NCBI GenBank assembly: GCA_963774265.1
Contig: CAVZDU010000001.1
Span: 1,024,001 to 1,088,000 of the forward strand
Length of the DNA: 64,000 nucleotides
DNA from: an uncultured Chloroflexia bacterium
Lineage (GTDB): Bacteria > Chloroflexota > Anaerolineae > CG2-30-64-16
Direction of reading: 5' to 3'
Shown: positions 51,095 through 62,600 of the stretch, one piece after another
How the letters are laid out: each line of letters opens with the position of its first letter
Numbering within the stretch: the first letter of the stretch is position 1
The notes under the pieces: generated by a model
Database searches by the model: none
Told to the model about the DNA's origin: nothing
Seen by the model: the letters and a program-made list of their open reading frames with translations, nothing else
Program-made: the position numbers and the translations under genes

Positions 51095-51227
51095 GGCGTC
51101 CTCTCCCCAATAGCATCAGTTTCAGGTAACACGCATTGTACCATTCCTGTGTCATCCTGTGATAAGATGGGCTGCGGATGTGCCGAGTACGGGAACCCTA
51201 AGGGTATCCCTCTAAGGAGCGTCTCGA

Positions 51228-52193
51228 ATGATTCCAACCGATCAACCCGCGGCGTCAACCGTCGATGTCATTGGGAATACCCCGCTCGTCGAATTGTCCC
51301 GGCTCACGAAAGGGCTTGGCGGTCGAATCTTCGCAAAGCTGGAGTACCTCAACCCCGGCTTCTCGAAGAAAGACCGCATCGCGCGCCAGATCATCGAAGA
51401 TGCTGAAGCCGATGGCACGCTCCAGCCGGGTCAAACCGTGGTCGAGTTGACCAGCGGGAACACGGGAACCGGGCTCGCGATTGTCTGCGCAGTCAAGGAC
51501 TATCGATTTGTGGCCGTTATGTCCGAAGGGAACTCGATCGAACGCGCCCGCATGATGGCGGCCCTGGGGGCGGAAGTAGTCCGGGTCAAGCAACTGCCAG
51601 GCTCCAAACCAGGCCAGGTTTCAGGCGGTGACCTGGCGTTGGTTGAGCAGGAAGCGCAGAGACTTGCGGCTGAGCGCCGGGCCTTCCGGGCTGACCAGTT
51701 CCGGCTGGAGGGCAATTTCCGTGCGCACTATTTGCACACCGGGCCGGAGTTCATCCGGCAATCCGGTGGCGCGATTGATGCCTTCTGTGATTTTGCAGGC
51801 ACCGGCGGCTCGTTCGCAGGCTGCGCGGCGGCTCTCAAGGAATTCAATCCAGCGATCCAGTGCTTTGTGGTCGAACCCGACGGCGCGGCGGTGCTGGCTG
51901 GTGAGCCGGTGAGCAACCCCAATCATCGCATCCAGGGCGGCGGTTACAGCATGCCTGACTTGCCGTTGCTCCGGCCCGAACACATCGACGGTTATTTGAA
52001 GGTGAGCGATGTCGAGGTCGTTCGCATCGCACGCCGGCTCGCACGAGAAGAAGGGGTCTTTGCGGGATTCTCGTCCGGGGCAAATGCGGCGGCGGCGTTA
52101 TATCTCCTGCAGACATCCTTCAGGGACAAGACCATCGCCATCATGCTGAATGACTCGGGGCTGAAGTACCTGAGTACGGACCTGTGGGAGTAG
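51228..52193 (+). CDS. Cysteine synthase family PLP enzyme
   Basis: IGNTPL, KLEYLNPGFSKKDR, TSGNTG, GTGGS, HRIQGGG, GFSSGAN, DSGLKYLST. Confidence 0.9.
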   Translation: MIPTDQPAASTVDVIGNTPLVELSRLTKGLGGRIFAKLEYLNPGFSKKDRIARQIIEDAEADGTLQPGQTVVELTSGNTGTGLAIVCAVKDYRFVAVMSEGNSIERARMMAALGAEVVRVKQLPGSKPGQVSGGDLALVEQEAQRLAAERRAFRADQFRLEGNFRAHYLHTGPEFIRQSGGAIDAFCDFAGTGGSFAGCAAALKEFNPAIQCFVVEPDGAAVLAGEPVSNPNHRIQGGGYSMPDLPLLRPEHIDGYLKVSDVEVVRIARRLAREEGVFAGFSSGANAAAALYLLQTSFRDKTIAIMLNDSGLKYLSTDLWE

Positions 52194-52217
52194 TTGTCGG
52201 GTGGCTTGTTGACGCTA

Positions 52218-52295
52218 CAAGACCTTCAAGGTTTGCCACACTTGCGCCGCACGGAGCGCAGCGCAGTGCAGTGCAGATGAACCTCGAAGGTCTTG
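52218..52295. repeat. Intergenic inverted repeat with an internal hairpin, between convergent genes
   Basis: CAAGACCTTCAAGGTT (52218-52233) / AACCTCGAAGGTCTTG (52280-52295), 15/16 complementary. Confidence 0.75.
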
Positions 52296-52301
52296 CGCGG
52301 T

Positions 52302-53592
52302 TCAGATCACGAGCCGCATCGGCTCTTCGAGCGCCGTTTTCAGCGCCTGCATGAACTGGGCGGCCTCGGCGCCGTCGGTCACGCGGTGATCGGCCGAGAT
52401 GGTCGCCTTCATCCGCGTGCCCACCGCCAACTGGCCGCTCGGCGTTCACCACCGGCACCTGCTTGCACCGCGCCCACCGCCAGGATCGCGGCCTGCGGCG
52501 GGTTGATGATGGCGATGAAGTCGTCCACGTCGAACATGCCCAGGTTGCTGATGGTGAACGTGCCGCCCACCATCTCGTCGGGCTTCATCCGGCCCTCGCG
52601 CGCCCGGGCCACCAGCTCACGCGCGTCCCGTGGCAATCTGCGCCAGCGGCTTCTTGTCGCAGTCGCGGATGACGGCGGTCACCAGGCCGTTCTCGCGCGC
52701 CACGGCGATGCCGATGTTGACCTGGTCGTGGACGTGGATCTCGTCTGCCGGCGAACGACAGCGTTGATGTTCGGGAACTGGCGCAGCGCCAGCGCCGCGG
52801 CCTTGATGATCAGGTCGTTGACCGAGATCTTCTCGGCCTCGGGCAGCAGGCGCGTTGAGCTGCGCGCGCAGCGCCATCGCCGCGGCCATGTCGATGTCCA
52901 TCGTGACGTAGAAGTGCGGCGCCTGCTGCTTGCTTTCGACCATGCGCCGGGCGATGGTCTGGCGCATGCCCGATAGCGGCTCAACGCGGTAGCCCTCCAC
53001 GTCGGCTCGTACGACGGGATGGGCATGGGCGGCGCGCAGGCGGTGCTGCTTTCGGGCGCCTTGGCGCTGCTCCTGCACATAGGCCTCGATGTCGCGCTTG
53101 ATGATGCGGCCCGTCCGGCCCGCTGCCTGCCACCTGGTGCAGGTCGATGCCCAGCTCGGCCGCCATGCGCAGCGCGACCGGCGAGGCCAGCCAGCCGTCC
53201 CTCTTCTGCCGCAGAGCACCTCGGATGGCTCGAGCCGGCTGCGGAGCTTCTGGCACCTTCGCCGCAGCCTTCGTGCTCTCTGCGGCCTCTGCGGCTCTTC
53301 GGGCCGCAGCCTTGGCCGTCACGCCCAGCGCCGCCAGGTCGACCTGTCTCGCCTGCCTCGCCGATCACCGCGATCGGCGTGCCGATCGGCACGCTCTCGC
53401 CCGCTTGCACCAGGATCTCGAGCAGCACGCCGGCGCGAAACGCGGGCACCTCGACGCTGGCCTTGTCGGTCTCGACAACAGCGATCGTCTCGCCTTGGGC
53501 GACGGCCTCGCCGGCCTTCTTCAACCCACTCGCTCAGCTTGCCCTTCGGCCATGTCAAAGCCCAGTTTGGGCATGGTAATGAGTTCAGCCAC
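52302..53592 (-). CDS. pdhC: Pyruvate dehydrogenase E2, dihydrolipoamide acetyltransferase (several frameshifts)
   Basis: MPKLGFDM, lipoyl motif [34 protein letters not shown]. Confidence 0.92.
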
Positions 53593-53608
53593 CGGATATC
53601 CTCCTCGC

Positions 53609-54595
53609 CTACTTCAAGATACATCACATCCTTGACGGCGTTGATAATATCCGGCGACCTGGGGCAGCGCCATCTGTTCCAGGCGGCGGTTGTAGGGCAG
53701 CGGCACCTCGGCCTGGGCCACGCGGCGCACCGGCGCATCCAGGTAGTCGAAGGCCAGCTCGGTCACCCGGCTGGCGATCTCCGCGCCGATGCCGTACGCG
53801 CGCCAGCCCTCTTCCACCACGACCATGCGGTTGGTCTTCTTGACCGACTCGACGATCGGCCGGGTGTCCAGCGGGCGCAGCGTGCGCAGGTCGATCACCT
53901 CGGCCTCGATGCCTTCGTCCGCCAGCTTGTCTGCGGCTTCCAGCGAAAGCTGCAGCATCTTGGAGTAGGAGACGATGGTAACGTCCTTGCCCTCGCGCTT
54001 GACGTCGGAGACGCCGATGGGCACCAGGAAGTCCTCGTCGTCCGGCACCTCGCCCTTCGCCTGGTACAGCGTGGCGTGCTCGATGAAGAAGCACCGGGTC
54101 ATCGTCGCGGATGGCCGACTTGAGCAGGCCCTTGGCGTCGGCCGGCGTGCCGGGCGCGACGACCTTCAGGCCGGGGAAGTGGGCGAAGATCACGTCCGGC
54201 GTCTGCGAGTGGGTCGCGCCCAGTTGCCGGCCGCCGCCGCCCACGGTGCGGATCACGAGCGGCACCCTGATCTGGCCGTTGAACATGTAGTGCAGCTTGG
54301 CGACGTGGTTGACGATCTGGTCCATCGCCAGAAAGGCGAAGTTGATCGTCATCATCTCGGCCACGGGCCGCAGCCCCGCGATGGCCGCGCCGGCCGCCGC
54401 GCCGACGATGACACCTTCGGCGATCGGGGTATCGCGCACGCGCTTCTCGCCGAACTCGTCGAGGAAACCGCGGGTGACGGCATAGGTGCCGCCCCACTTG
54501 CCGATTTCCTCGCCCATGATGAACACCCGCTCGTCGCGGTACATTTCTTCGCGCAGGGCCTGGCTGATCGCCTCACGAACTGTCATGCGTGTCAT
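53609..54595 (-). CDS. pdhB: Pyruvate dehydrogenase E1 beta subunit (frameshifts)
   Basis: DTPIAE, GLRPVAEMM, GATHSQ, IDLRTLRPLD, FDYLDAPV. Confidence 0.94.
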
Positions 54596-55599
54596 ATGCT
54601 GCTACCCCTCACCTGATGACTCCCGATTGGGTTGACGTAGACGTGCTCCCACAGCGCCGCGTCGTCGGCTCCGGGCTTTCCTCGGCGAACTTGACGATCT
54701 CCACCAGCTCCTCCTCCACGGCCTTTGCGATCGCGTCGAGCGTCGCTTGTCCGTGCCATATGCCCTTCTCGGTCATCTAGCTCGGCCAGGCGCAGGATCG
54801 GATCGCGCGCGCGCCATTCGTCGATCTCGGCCTTGCTGCGATAGCGCTCGGGATCGCCCATCGAGTGGCCGACGTAGCGGTAGGTCAGCGCTTCCAGCAG
54901 CACCGGGCCTTCCTCGCGCGCCAGGTCCAGCGCCTCGCCGATGACCTCGTAGCGTCTCGAACACGTCCTGGCCGTTGATCTGGCGGTGCGCAATGTCGTA
55001 GGCGCAGCCCTTCTCGTAGATGTTCGGACACCGCCGACGCCTTGCCGACCTCGGTGCCCATGCCGTACTGGTTGTTCTCCACCAGGAAGACCACCGGCAG
55101 CTTCCAGACGGCCGCCAGGTTGATGGACTCGTGGAAGTAGCCGATGTTGGTGGTGCCTTCGCCCAGCACGCACAGCACCGCGTCGGGCTTCTCGTTGTAG
55201 CGGATCGTCAATGCCCACGCCGGTCGCCAGCGGCAGATGCCCGCCGACGATGGCATGGCCGCCCCAGTAGCGATGCTCGGCGCTGGCCAGGTGCATCGAG
55301 CCGCCCTTGCCGCCGCTGACGCCGGTGGCCTTGCCCAGCAGCTCCGCCATGACGCGCTTGGGGTCCAAGCCCACGCGCGATGGCCCAGCCGTGATCGCGA
55401 TACGCGGTGAACAGGTGATCGGTCGGGCGCAGCGCCTTGCAGCCGCCGACGGCGATCGCTTCTTCGCCGATGTACAGGTGCAGGAAGCCGCCGATCTTGC
55501 CCTCGGCGTACAGCTCCGCTGCCTTCTCCTCGAATCGCCGGATCAGCACCATCTGGCGGTAGAGTTCGAGCAGCTCGTCCGTGATAACTCTTTGGCCAC
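54592..55599 (-). CDS. pdhA: Pyruvate dehydrogenase E1 alpha subunit (frameshifts)
   Basis: IGGFLHLYIGEEA, YRDHG, GKGGSMH, ENNQYGMGT, TYRYVGHSMGDP. Confidence 0.94.
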
Positions 55600-55769
55600 C
55601 GATGACCCTCCTTGCTTGGAACGATGTTCTTACAAACGCGCGCACTGATGCCGCAATCATGGGGCACAGATGGCGCCCTCGTTGTATCCGCGCCATGCGA
55701 TGGCACCATATTAGGCGCTGCAAAGCGTTCTGGCTGTTGGCAGCCATACGATGAAGTCAACCGTTGGGG

Positions 55770-56639
55770 CTACAGCAAATCTGCCATCAGTCGCATCGGC
55801 GCCACCGCCGCGCCGACAACACCTGGCCCCGTGTGTACGCCCAGCACGGGCGAAACGCGCAGCGTCTCCAGTCGAGCCACATTGAGCCGCTCCTGAATCT
55901 CGCGCGTAAGCGCCTCGGCCTGATCCGCGACCTTGCCGTGCATGATGGTGACCCAGAGCGGTGCATCAGCGTAGACGTGGTGCAACTGATTCGCGATGTT
56001 GTGCAGGGCGCGCGGCAGCGAGCGGCTGCGGCCGATGTTGTTGTATTTGCCGTCTTGATGGTCCACACTGATGACCGGCTTAAGGTTGAGCAGCGTGCCG
56101 GCCAGTGCCTGGACGCGACCGATCCGGCCGCCTTTGGCAAGGTATTCGAGCGTTTCGAGGGTGAAAATGACCTCGGTCTGGGCACGGAGTTCCTTCAGGC
56201 GCTCCTGGATTGCTTCCAACGTCCAGCCGGCGCGCAGTGCAAGTGCCGCGGCCAGAACCTGGTACCGTTCGCCCCCGGAGAGGGTCAGTGTGTCCCAAAG
56301 CGTGACTTTGGCCTGATCCGCCACATAATCGATGCCACCCCGGGCTGCCTCGATCGTGCCGCTCAATCCAGACGAGATATGGATGGAGAGGATGTCCTTG
56401 TCCTCCTCGGCCAGTTTTCGATAGATTTCAGCGAAGATGCCGGGGGAGGGCTGAGCTGTGCTTGGGATTGCGGGGTACATGGCTTTCAACCGGTCGTAGA
56501 ACTCATCGGGGGTGAGGTGGGTCGCGTTGGCCTCTCCCTCCGGAAACTGGATGAACAGGGGCGCCTGGGTGATGCCCAGGCTCTTCAATTCGGCAACCGG
56601 CATGTCGGCCGCGCAATCCGTGACTATCTTCATGACCAT
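55770..56639 (-). CDS. DegV family fatty-acid-binding protein
   Basis: KIVTDCAAD, STAQPSPG, ISSGLSGT, LAKGGRIG, VHTGPG. The ORF-track N-terminal extension is unlikely to be real. Confidence 0.94.
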   Translation of the reverse strand: MVMKIVTDCAADMPVAELKSLGITQAPLFIQFPEGEANATHLTPDEFYDRLKAMYPAIPSTAQPSPGIFAEIYRKLAEEDKDILSIHISSGLSGTIEAARGGIDYVADQAKVTLWDTLTLSGGERYQVLAAALALRAGWTLEAIQERLKELRAQTEVIFTLETLEYLAKGGRIGRVQALAGTLLNLKPVISVDHQDGKYNNIGRSRSLPRALHNIANQLHHVYADAPLWVTIMHGKVADQAEALTREIQERLNVARLETLRVSPVLGVHTGPGVVGAAVAPMRLMADLL

Positions 56640-57099
56640 CTTCCCTTCGTGCATCAGTCGGTTCTCAGTGACCTGCGGATATTCTATCACATTCGTCAGT
56701 GTGCAACGAGTTGGGTTCACCAGCATATACCTGACGCGCAGACAGGAAAATGGGGGACGGTGTGCGAGTATCGTCCCGGTGAACAGCCTCGCGCGGGGCG
56801 CGGTTCGGCGGCCGTCTGAGCCAGCATCTCGACGCACACTGCTTTGAGTGACGCCAGCTACCGCGCAGGAGGATGCAGCGATGGCCACCATGCGCCGTAA
56901 AAGCGTCCGCAAAATCCGCTCCGACCGCGGGGCGCCGGCCTGGATCACGGCGCCCGAAACCACCCGCTACTGGCGCTGCCGCCGCAAGGCCGCAGCCAGC
57001 AGCCTCATGCTGCTTTTTCCGCGTGGGGAGATCTCCCTGTGCGAGACATGCGGCCTGCAGTTCTGTGGATCGGATCCCATATAGGGGGACAGAACACAA

Positions 57100-57135
57100 C
57101 AGAACGGCCACGGCATTTGTGCCGCGACCGTTCTG
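57100..57135 (-). terminator. Stem-loop downstream of the GYD gene
   Basis: On the minus strand CAGAACGGTCGCGGCA-CAAA-TGCCGTGGCCGTTCTG pairs fully with G-U pairs and is followed by TTGTGTTCT. Confidence 0.6.
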
Positions 57136-57186
57136 CGCTAGTGGGACCTCTCGCGGAAACCGGGTGACGCACCGGCAACCTTATGG

Positions 57187-57480
57187 CTATGGCAGCCGTT
57201 TCGCGATCCCTGCGAACTCCTCCAGCGTGAAAGCCTTGAGCGTGGTGGTCTTGACATTTCCCAGCGAGCCCAGGCTTAGCAGGAAGACGGCCATATTCTC
57301 GTCAGTGGGACCTTCGATAACGGCCACGTAGTCGTATTCACCCATGGTCAGATAGAAGCCAAGGACCTTACCGCCCAGTGCCTCACCTGCCTTGAAGGCG
57401 GCTTCGACACGCGCCGGGGCGTCCTTGATGGTCTTGGCACCCTGTTCCGTCAGTTTCATGAGCATGATGTAGTGTGACAT
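57187..57480 (-). CDS. GYD domain protein
   Basis: LTEQGAKTIKDAPAR, YLTMGEYD, GNVKTTTLKAF. Confidence 0.92.
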   Translation of the reverse strand: MSHYIMLMKLTEQGAKTIKDAPARVEAAFKAGEALGGKVLGFYLTMGEYDYVAVIEGPTDENMAVFLLSLGSLGNVKTTTLKAFTLEEFAGIAKRLP

Positions 57481-57698
57481 CGAATGTTTCTCCTCTCGGC
57501 ACAGTGCAGGCCAACTGCACCTGGACAGCTTCCGACCGGCGCGTCACCTGGATTCCCCAACAAAGCGACCATACTGGCGAAAGCGATAAGGGACAGCGCG
57601 TGGCAGAAGGCAATGGCCCGCTTCGATGGAGTGCAATCATCATCGCGCTGCAGGCGCGCATTGTCAATGAGAAAAGTTGACAAGGCTGAACTTTCCTA

Positions 57699-57751
57699 TT
57701 GACAAGCCTCCAGAACCGTGATAAGTTATCGATAGTATGTTACGGATAACA
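57699..57751 (+). promoter_or_regulatory. sigma70 promoter plus LacI-type operator
   Basis: TTGACA (57699)-17 bp-TAAGTT with TGn extension; palindrome TGTTA-CGGA-TAACA at 57738-57751. Confidence 0.7.
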
Positions 57752-57816
57752 CATCCGGCACCTTTCATCATCTGACCCAGCCTCATCTGCCCTTGTTACA
57801 TCGGGGTGAATCAGCG

Positions 57817-58830
57817 ATGAGCACAATCCGCGACGTCGCCGAGCGGGCGGGCGTTTCAACCATGACCGTCTCTCGCGTCATCAACCACTCTGGCTACACC
57901 AGCCAGGAGACGCGCTTGCGCGTCGAAGCGGCCATCGCCGAGATCGGTTACATCCCCAACACACTGGCGCGCAGCCTCCGGTTCAAGAAGACGAAGATGC
58001 TTGCGCTCATCCTGACCGATATTACCAACCCCTTCTTTACGACCCTGGCCCGCGGCGTCGAGGACGCCGCCAGCGCCCAGGGTTTCAACGTGATCTTCTG
58101 CAACACCGATGAGTCCGAATCTGAACAGGCCGAACACCTGACCGCCCTGGTGCAGAAACAGGTGGACGGTGTGCTGTTGGTGCCCGCGGCGAGCTCAGCC
58201 GAGCCGGTAGCGTTCCTGCGTGATCAGAAGGTGCCCGTGGTGGTGCTGGACCGGCGTGTGCCTGACTGTTCGGTGGACTCGGTGCGCTGTGATTCCGAGG
58301 CGGGCGCCTACGAGCTGGTCCGGCTGCTGATCCGACTGGGGCACCGGCGGATTGCACTACTCGCTGGCCCGGAGAATGTCTCGACCGCACAAGAACGCGT
58401 GGCAGGCTGCCGCCGCGCGCTCGCTGAGGCAGGGCTGACACTTGACACCGCGCTGATCTTCCACGACGCATATTCACATGCCGGAGGGCAGCGGATGGCG
58501 CAGCGCATGCTGGCGCTCCAACCCAGGCCCACCGCCGTATTCGCCGCAAATAACTTCATCGCCATGGGCGCGTATGGTGCGCTGACAGATGCCGGGCTGC
58601 GCGTGCCGCAGGATGTGGCTATGGTGGCCTTTGATGATTGGCCGCCGGGGATGGTGGTGGACCCATTTTTCACTGTGGTGTCACAGCCAGCTTACGAAAT
58701 GGGCTACAAGGCCACGGAACGACTGCTATCTCGTTTGTCCGGCGAAACAACCAACGGTTGTCAGGAGATGGTGCTACCGTTCGACCTGCTCGTGCGGCGG
58801 TCGAGCGGTTCATCCGGCCCGGAGGCATAG
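57817..58830 (+). CDS. LacI family transcriptional regulator
   Basis: TIRDVAERAGVSTMTVSRVIN, NPFF, GHRRIA, PTAVFAAN, VAFDD. Confidence 0.97.
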   Translation: MSTIRDVAERAGVSTMTVSRVINHSGYTSQETRLRVEAAIAEIGYIPNTLARSLRFKKTKMLALILTDITNPFFTTLARGVEDAASAQGFNVIFCNTDESESEQAEHLTALVQKQVDGVLLVPAASSAEPVAFLRDQKVPVVVLDRRVPDCSVDSVRCDSEAGAYELVRLLIRLGHRRIALLAGPENVSTAQERVAGCRRALAEAGLTLDTALIFHDAYSHAGGQRMAQRMLALQPRPTAVFAANNFIAMGAYGALTDAGLRVPQDVAMVAFDDWPPGMVVDPFFTVVSQPAYEMGYKATERLLSRLSGETTNGCQEMVLPFDLLVRRSSGSSGPEA

Positions 58831-58834
58831 TCGA

Positions 58835-59909
58835 ATGCAGATTCAAACTTCCGACTACGACAGATCGGACGTCAACCGTCTGCTCACTGCGCTCAACCAC
58901 CAGGAGCCAGATCGCGTCCCGCACATCGAGTTGTGGGTCACCAGCCAGGCGGTGTACGAGTATGTGCTGGAGCGCAAGTTGGGTTACACGATCGGCGACG
59001 CGGCCGAAGGCGGGCAGTCTATTACGCCCGAGGATGACGTAGAGTTTGCCCGGCGTCAGGGCGAGGACGCAGTGCTGTGCAACTGTAACTGGCGGCCCAA
59101 CAACGTCTTCCGCCTGGCGGAGGACGGCACCCGGCACTACGTGGACGGCGAGATCAAGACCTGGGCTGACCTGGAGAGTAAGCTCGACCCGCCACCATCA
59201 TTGGACGATCAGCTCCGGCACCTGGAGCGCTATCTCAAAGCAGCGCAGGGCACCGGGGTAGGCGTCATCGCTAACCTGACCTCCTTTTTCGACAGCGCGA
59301 TGCTGGCCATCGGCGTCACCGATTCGCTCTATATGTTCTACGACAACCGGTCGCTGGTCGAGCAAGCTGATGGACATCTTGCTGGCACACCAGGAGAAGG
59401 TGATGCGAGCCGTGATCGATCGCTTCGGCGATGACCTGGCGCTGGTGATGGTGAACGACGATATCGGCTACAACTCCGGCCTGTTGATCAGCCCCAAGAT
59501 GTTCCTGCAGATCTTTCCGCACCGGATGAAGCGGCTGATCGCGCCGGCCAAAGATCACGGTCTCAAAGTGCTGATGCACACAGACGGAAAGCTGGACACC
59601 ATCCTGCCTATCCTCTACGAGGTCGGGATCGACGCCAACCACCCGATCGAGCCCGAGTCAAACGACATCGTCGAGGTGAAGAAGAAGTGGGCCGGCAAGA
59701 TGGCGTTGATCGGCAACGTCCACACGCCGCTGCTGGCTTTTGGGACAAGGGATGAGATCGATGCCAAGGTCAAGGAGGACTGCGAGAAGCTGGCTCCTGG
59801 CGGCGGCTGGGTATGCGGATCATCCACCAGCATCATGGACGGCATCCCGCCCGAGAACTTCGTCGCGATGATCCAGGCGGTGCACAAGTATGGCAGGTAT
59901 GGGGGTTGA
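58835..59909 (+). CDS. URO-D/MtaA (methylcobamide methyltransferase-like) family protein 1 (frameshift near 59360)
   Basis: HQEPDRVP, NDDIGYNSGLLISP, MHTDG, GNV, GGGWVCGSSTS...PENF. Confidence 0.85.
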
Positions 59910-60992
59910 TGTGTTCCCTGCAGATGACGTCTCGCGACCGGGTTCTGTCGGCGCTCGCGCACAGAGAGCCGGATCACGTGCCGTGCTGGTTGGGCGCGTC
60001 ACCCGAGTGGAAGGAGATCGCACGCAGCTATCTGGGCTTGCCGGACGACGAGAGCCTGCTGGTCTACCTGGGCGACGACTTCCGCCGCGTTTTTTCCCGC
60101 TATGCCGGTCCGCCGGACACCCATCCCACGGCCAATCTGAGCCACCCTGAGGCGACCTACCGCACGCCGTTCGGCATCGAACGCCACGGTTACGGCTACG
60201 GCATGCCGCTCGACGTGCCGCTGAAGGGCGCCAGGACCGTGGCCGAGGTGCATGCGTATCCTTGGCCGGACCCCGAATGGATCGATGTCAGCCATGTCCG
60301 GGGGGAAGCGCTGCAGTATGACCGGCAGTACGCCATCCTGGGCGGCGAATGGTCGCCGTTCTGGCACGATGCCATCGATCTGCTGGATTTCGATGGGCTG
60401 ATCTACCAGATGTACGATCATCCCGAGGTGGTCGATGCTGTCATGCAGCACACGGCCGACTACTACCTGGCGGTGAGCCGGCGCATCTTCGAAGCGAGCG
60501 GGGACGCCATCGATATCTTCTTCATCGGCAATGATTTCGGCGCGCAGGCCGGGCCGCTGCTTAGCCCGAAGTTCTTCCGCCGCTTCATTCTGCCGCAGCT
60601 TCGAAGCGATTCGTCGACCTGGGACATGAGTTCGGCAAGTTCGTCATCCTGCACTGCGATGGCAGCATCCGGGCATTCCTCCCTGATATGATCGCCATCG
60701 GGCTGGACGGGATGCAGTCGGTGCAGTCGTTCTGCTATGGGATGGGGTTGGCGGGGTTGAAGCACGACTTCGGCCGAGCAGTTCACTTTCATGGGCGGCA
60801 TCGACACTCAAGCGCTCATCGAGGGTACAACGGAACAGGCACGGCAACTAACCCGGAACACCTTGGGGATCATGATGCCGGGCGGCGGCTTCATCGCCTC
60901 GCCCAGCCACGACTACCTGCTTGCCGGAGACACCGGTTGAAAACGTCATCGTCATGTATGAGACCATCAAGGAATATGGTGCATACCGATGA
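59909..60992 (+). CDS. URO-D/MtaA family protein 2 (frameshifts)
   Basis: MTSRDRVL..L.HREPDHVP, YPWPDP, GNDFGAQAGPLLSP, LHCDG, GGIDTQ, GGGFIASPSH. Confidence 0.85.
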
Positions 60993-61032
60993 CTTTGGCT
61001 TTGAATCTCTCTCTTATCCTGACGGAGGAACC

Positions 61033-61357
61033 ATGCAACGCTTCGGTCAACTGATCGGCGTCAAGCCGGAGAAGCTGGAAGAGTACAAGCGGTATCACGC
61101 GGCAGTCTGGCCCGGGGTGCTTGCACATGATCACTGAGTGCAACATCCGCAACTACTCGATCTTCGAGAAGGACAATCTGCTCTTCGCCTACTTCGAATA
61201 CGTCGGCGATGATTTCGCGGCCGATATGGCGAAGATGGCCGCCGATCCCGAGACGCAGCGGTGGTGGGACATCCAGATGCCGATGCAGCAGCCGATCCCG
61301 ACCCGCGCCGAAGGCGAGTGGTGGGCGACGATGGAAGAGGTCTTTCACAACGACTGA
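61033..61357 (+). CDS. rhaM: L-rhamnose mutarotase family protein (frameshift near 61125)
   Basis: EEYKRYHAAVWPGV, NIRNYSIF, LFAYFEY, TQRWW, WATMEEVFH. Confidence 0.88.
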
Positions 61358-61418
61358 CGACGGGCGGAAACGGATGCGATGACCTCCTCAACGGAATCGT
61401 CCACGAAGGAGCAACACT

Positions 61419-62600
61419 ATGGAACGCACACCCAACTGCCTGGCCAAGCTCGACCGCATGAACAAGACGCTGCGCCACGAGGAAGCCGACCGGGTCCCGC
61501 TTGCCGATTTCTTCTGGGGCAGCTTCCTGGAACGCTGGCGGAACGAGAAGGGACTGCCGTCCGGCACCGACATCTACAAATACTACGACCTGGACTGGAT
61601 CGTCACCATCCCCAACATGGACCCACACATCAAGCCGTTCGAGGTCCTGAAGGAGAATGACGAAGAGGTCGTCGTGCGCACCGGCTTCGAGGCGATCATC
61701 CGCAAGAAGTTCGCCGACCCGATGCCAGAATGGCTCGGCTTTGACACCGACACGATCGAAAAGGCCGAAGCCTACGAGTTCGAGGACCCCTGGGATGAGC
61801 GCCGCTACTTCAGCGCCGGCGACAACCAGATCGCCGGCGTGGGCGACGGCTTCGCCCGCAACTCGCCCGGCCTGGGTCGAGACGATCAAGATCCCTGCAC
61901 CCCGATTTCCCGGTCTATGGCAGCGTGTGCGAGGCCAACGAGTATATGCAGCGCATCATCGGCCCGGAGAATCTGTTCATGTGGGTGGGGCTCTACCCGG
62001 AGCAGATGGGGCGCTTCATCGAGCGCACCAATGCTTTTGCCCTGGAGATCCTGAAGGCCCAGATCAAGGCGGCAGATGGGCTGCTCGATGGCATCGTCAT
62101 CTGGGGCGATATCGCCTACAAGAAAGACCTGTTCTTCTCGCCCAAGTTCTGGCGCAAGTGGTACAAGCCGGGCCTCAAGGCGCTGGTCGATGAGGCGCAC
62201 GCGCCACGGCCTGCCGGTGATCTACCACGGCTGCGGCAACGTCAAGCGCGTCTTCGAGGACTTTATCGAGGTCGGCGTGGACGCGTACAACCCGCTGGAA
62301 GCCAAAGCCGGCATGGACGTGGTCGAGCTGCGGCGCCAGTACGGCCACCGCATGGCCTTCTGCGGCAACATGGACGTGCTCACCTGGGCCACCGGCACGC
62401 ATGGACGAGCTGAAGACCATGGTGCTGACCAAGCTCAACGCGGCCAAGGGCGGCGGCTACATCGTCCAATCCGATCACTCGGTGCCCAGCAACGTCACGG
62501 CCGAGCGCTACGAGTTCGTCGTGAACCTGGTGCGCGAGTACGGGAAGTATCCGCTGCAAGTTGGGCGAGTATGATCTGCCGGACGTGAAGTGCAACGACT
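61419..62600 (+). CDS. URO-D/MtaA family protein 3 (frameshifts, end approximate)
   Basis: HEEADRVP, WGDIAYK, IYHGCGN, NPLEAKAGMD, GGGYIVQSDHSVP. Confidence 0.85.

Noticed and set aside
56640-56963. N-terminal extension of DegV in the ORF track
   Set aside because: The DegV domain begins at MKIVTD with an RBS-like GAAGGGAAG just upstream, and the extension has no coding features.
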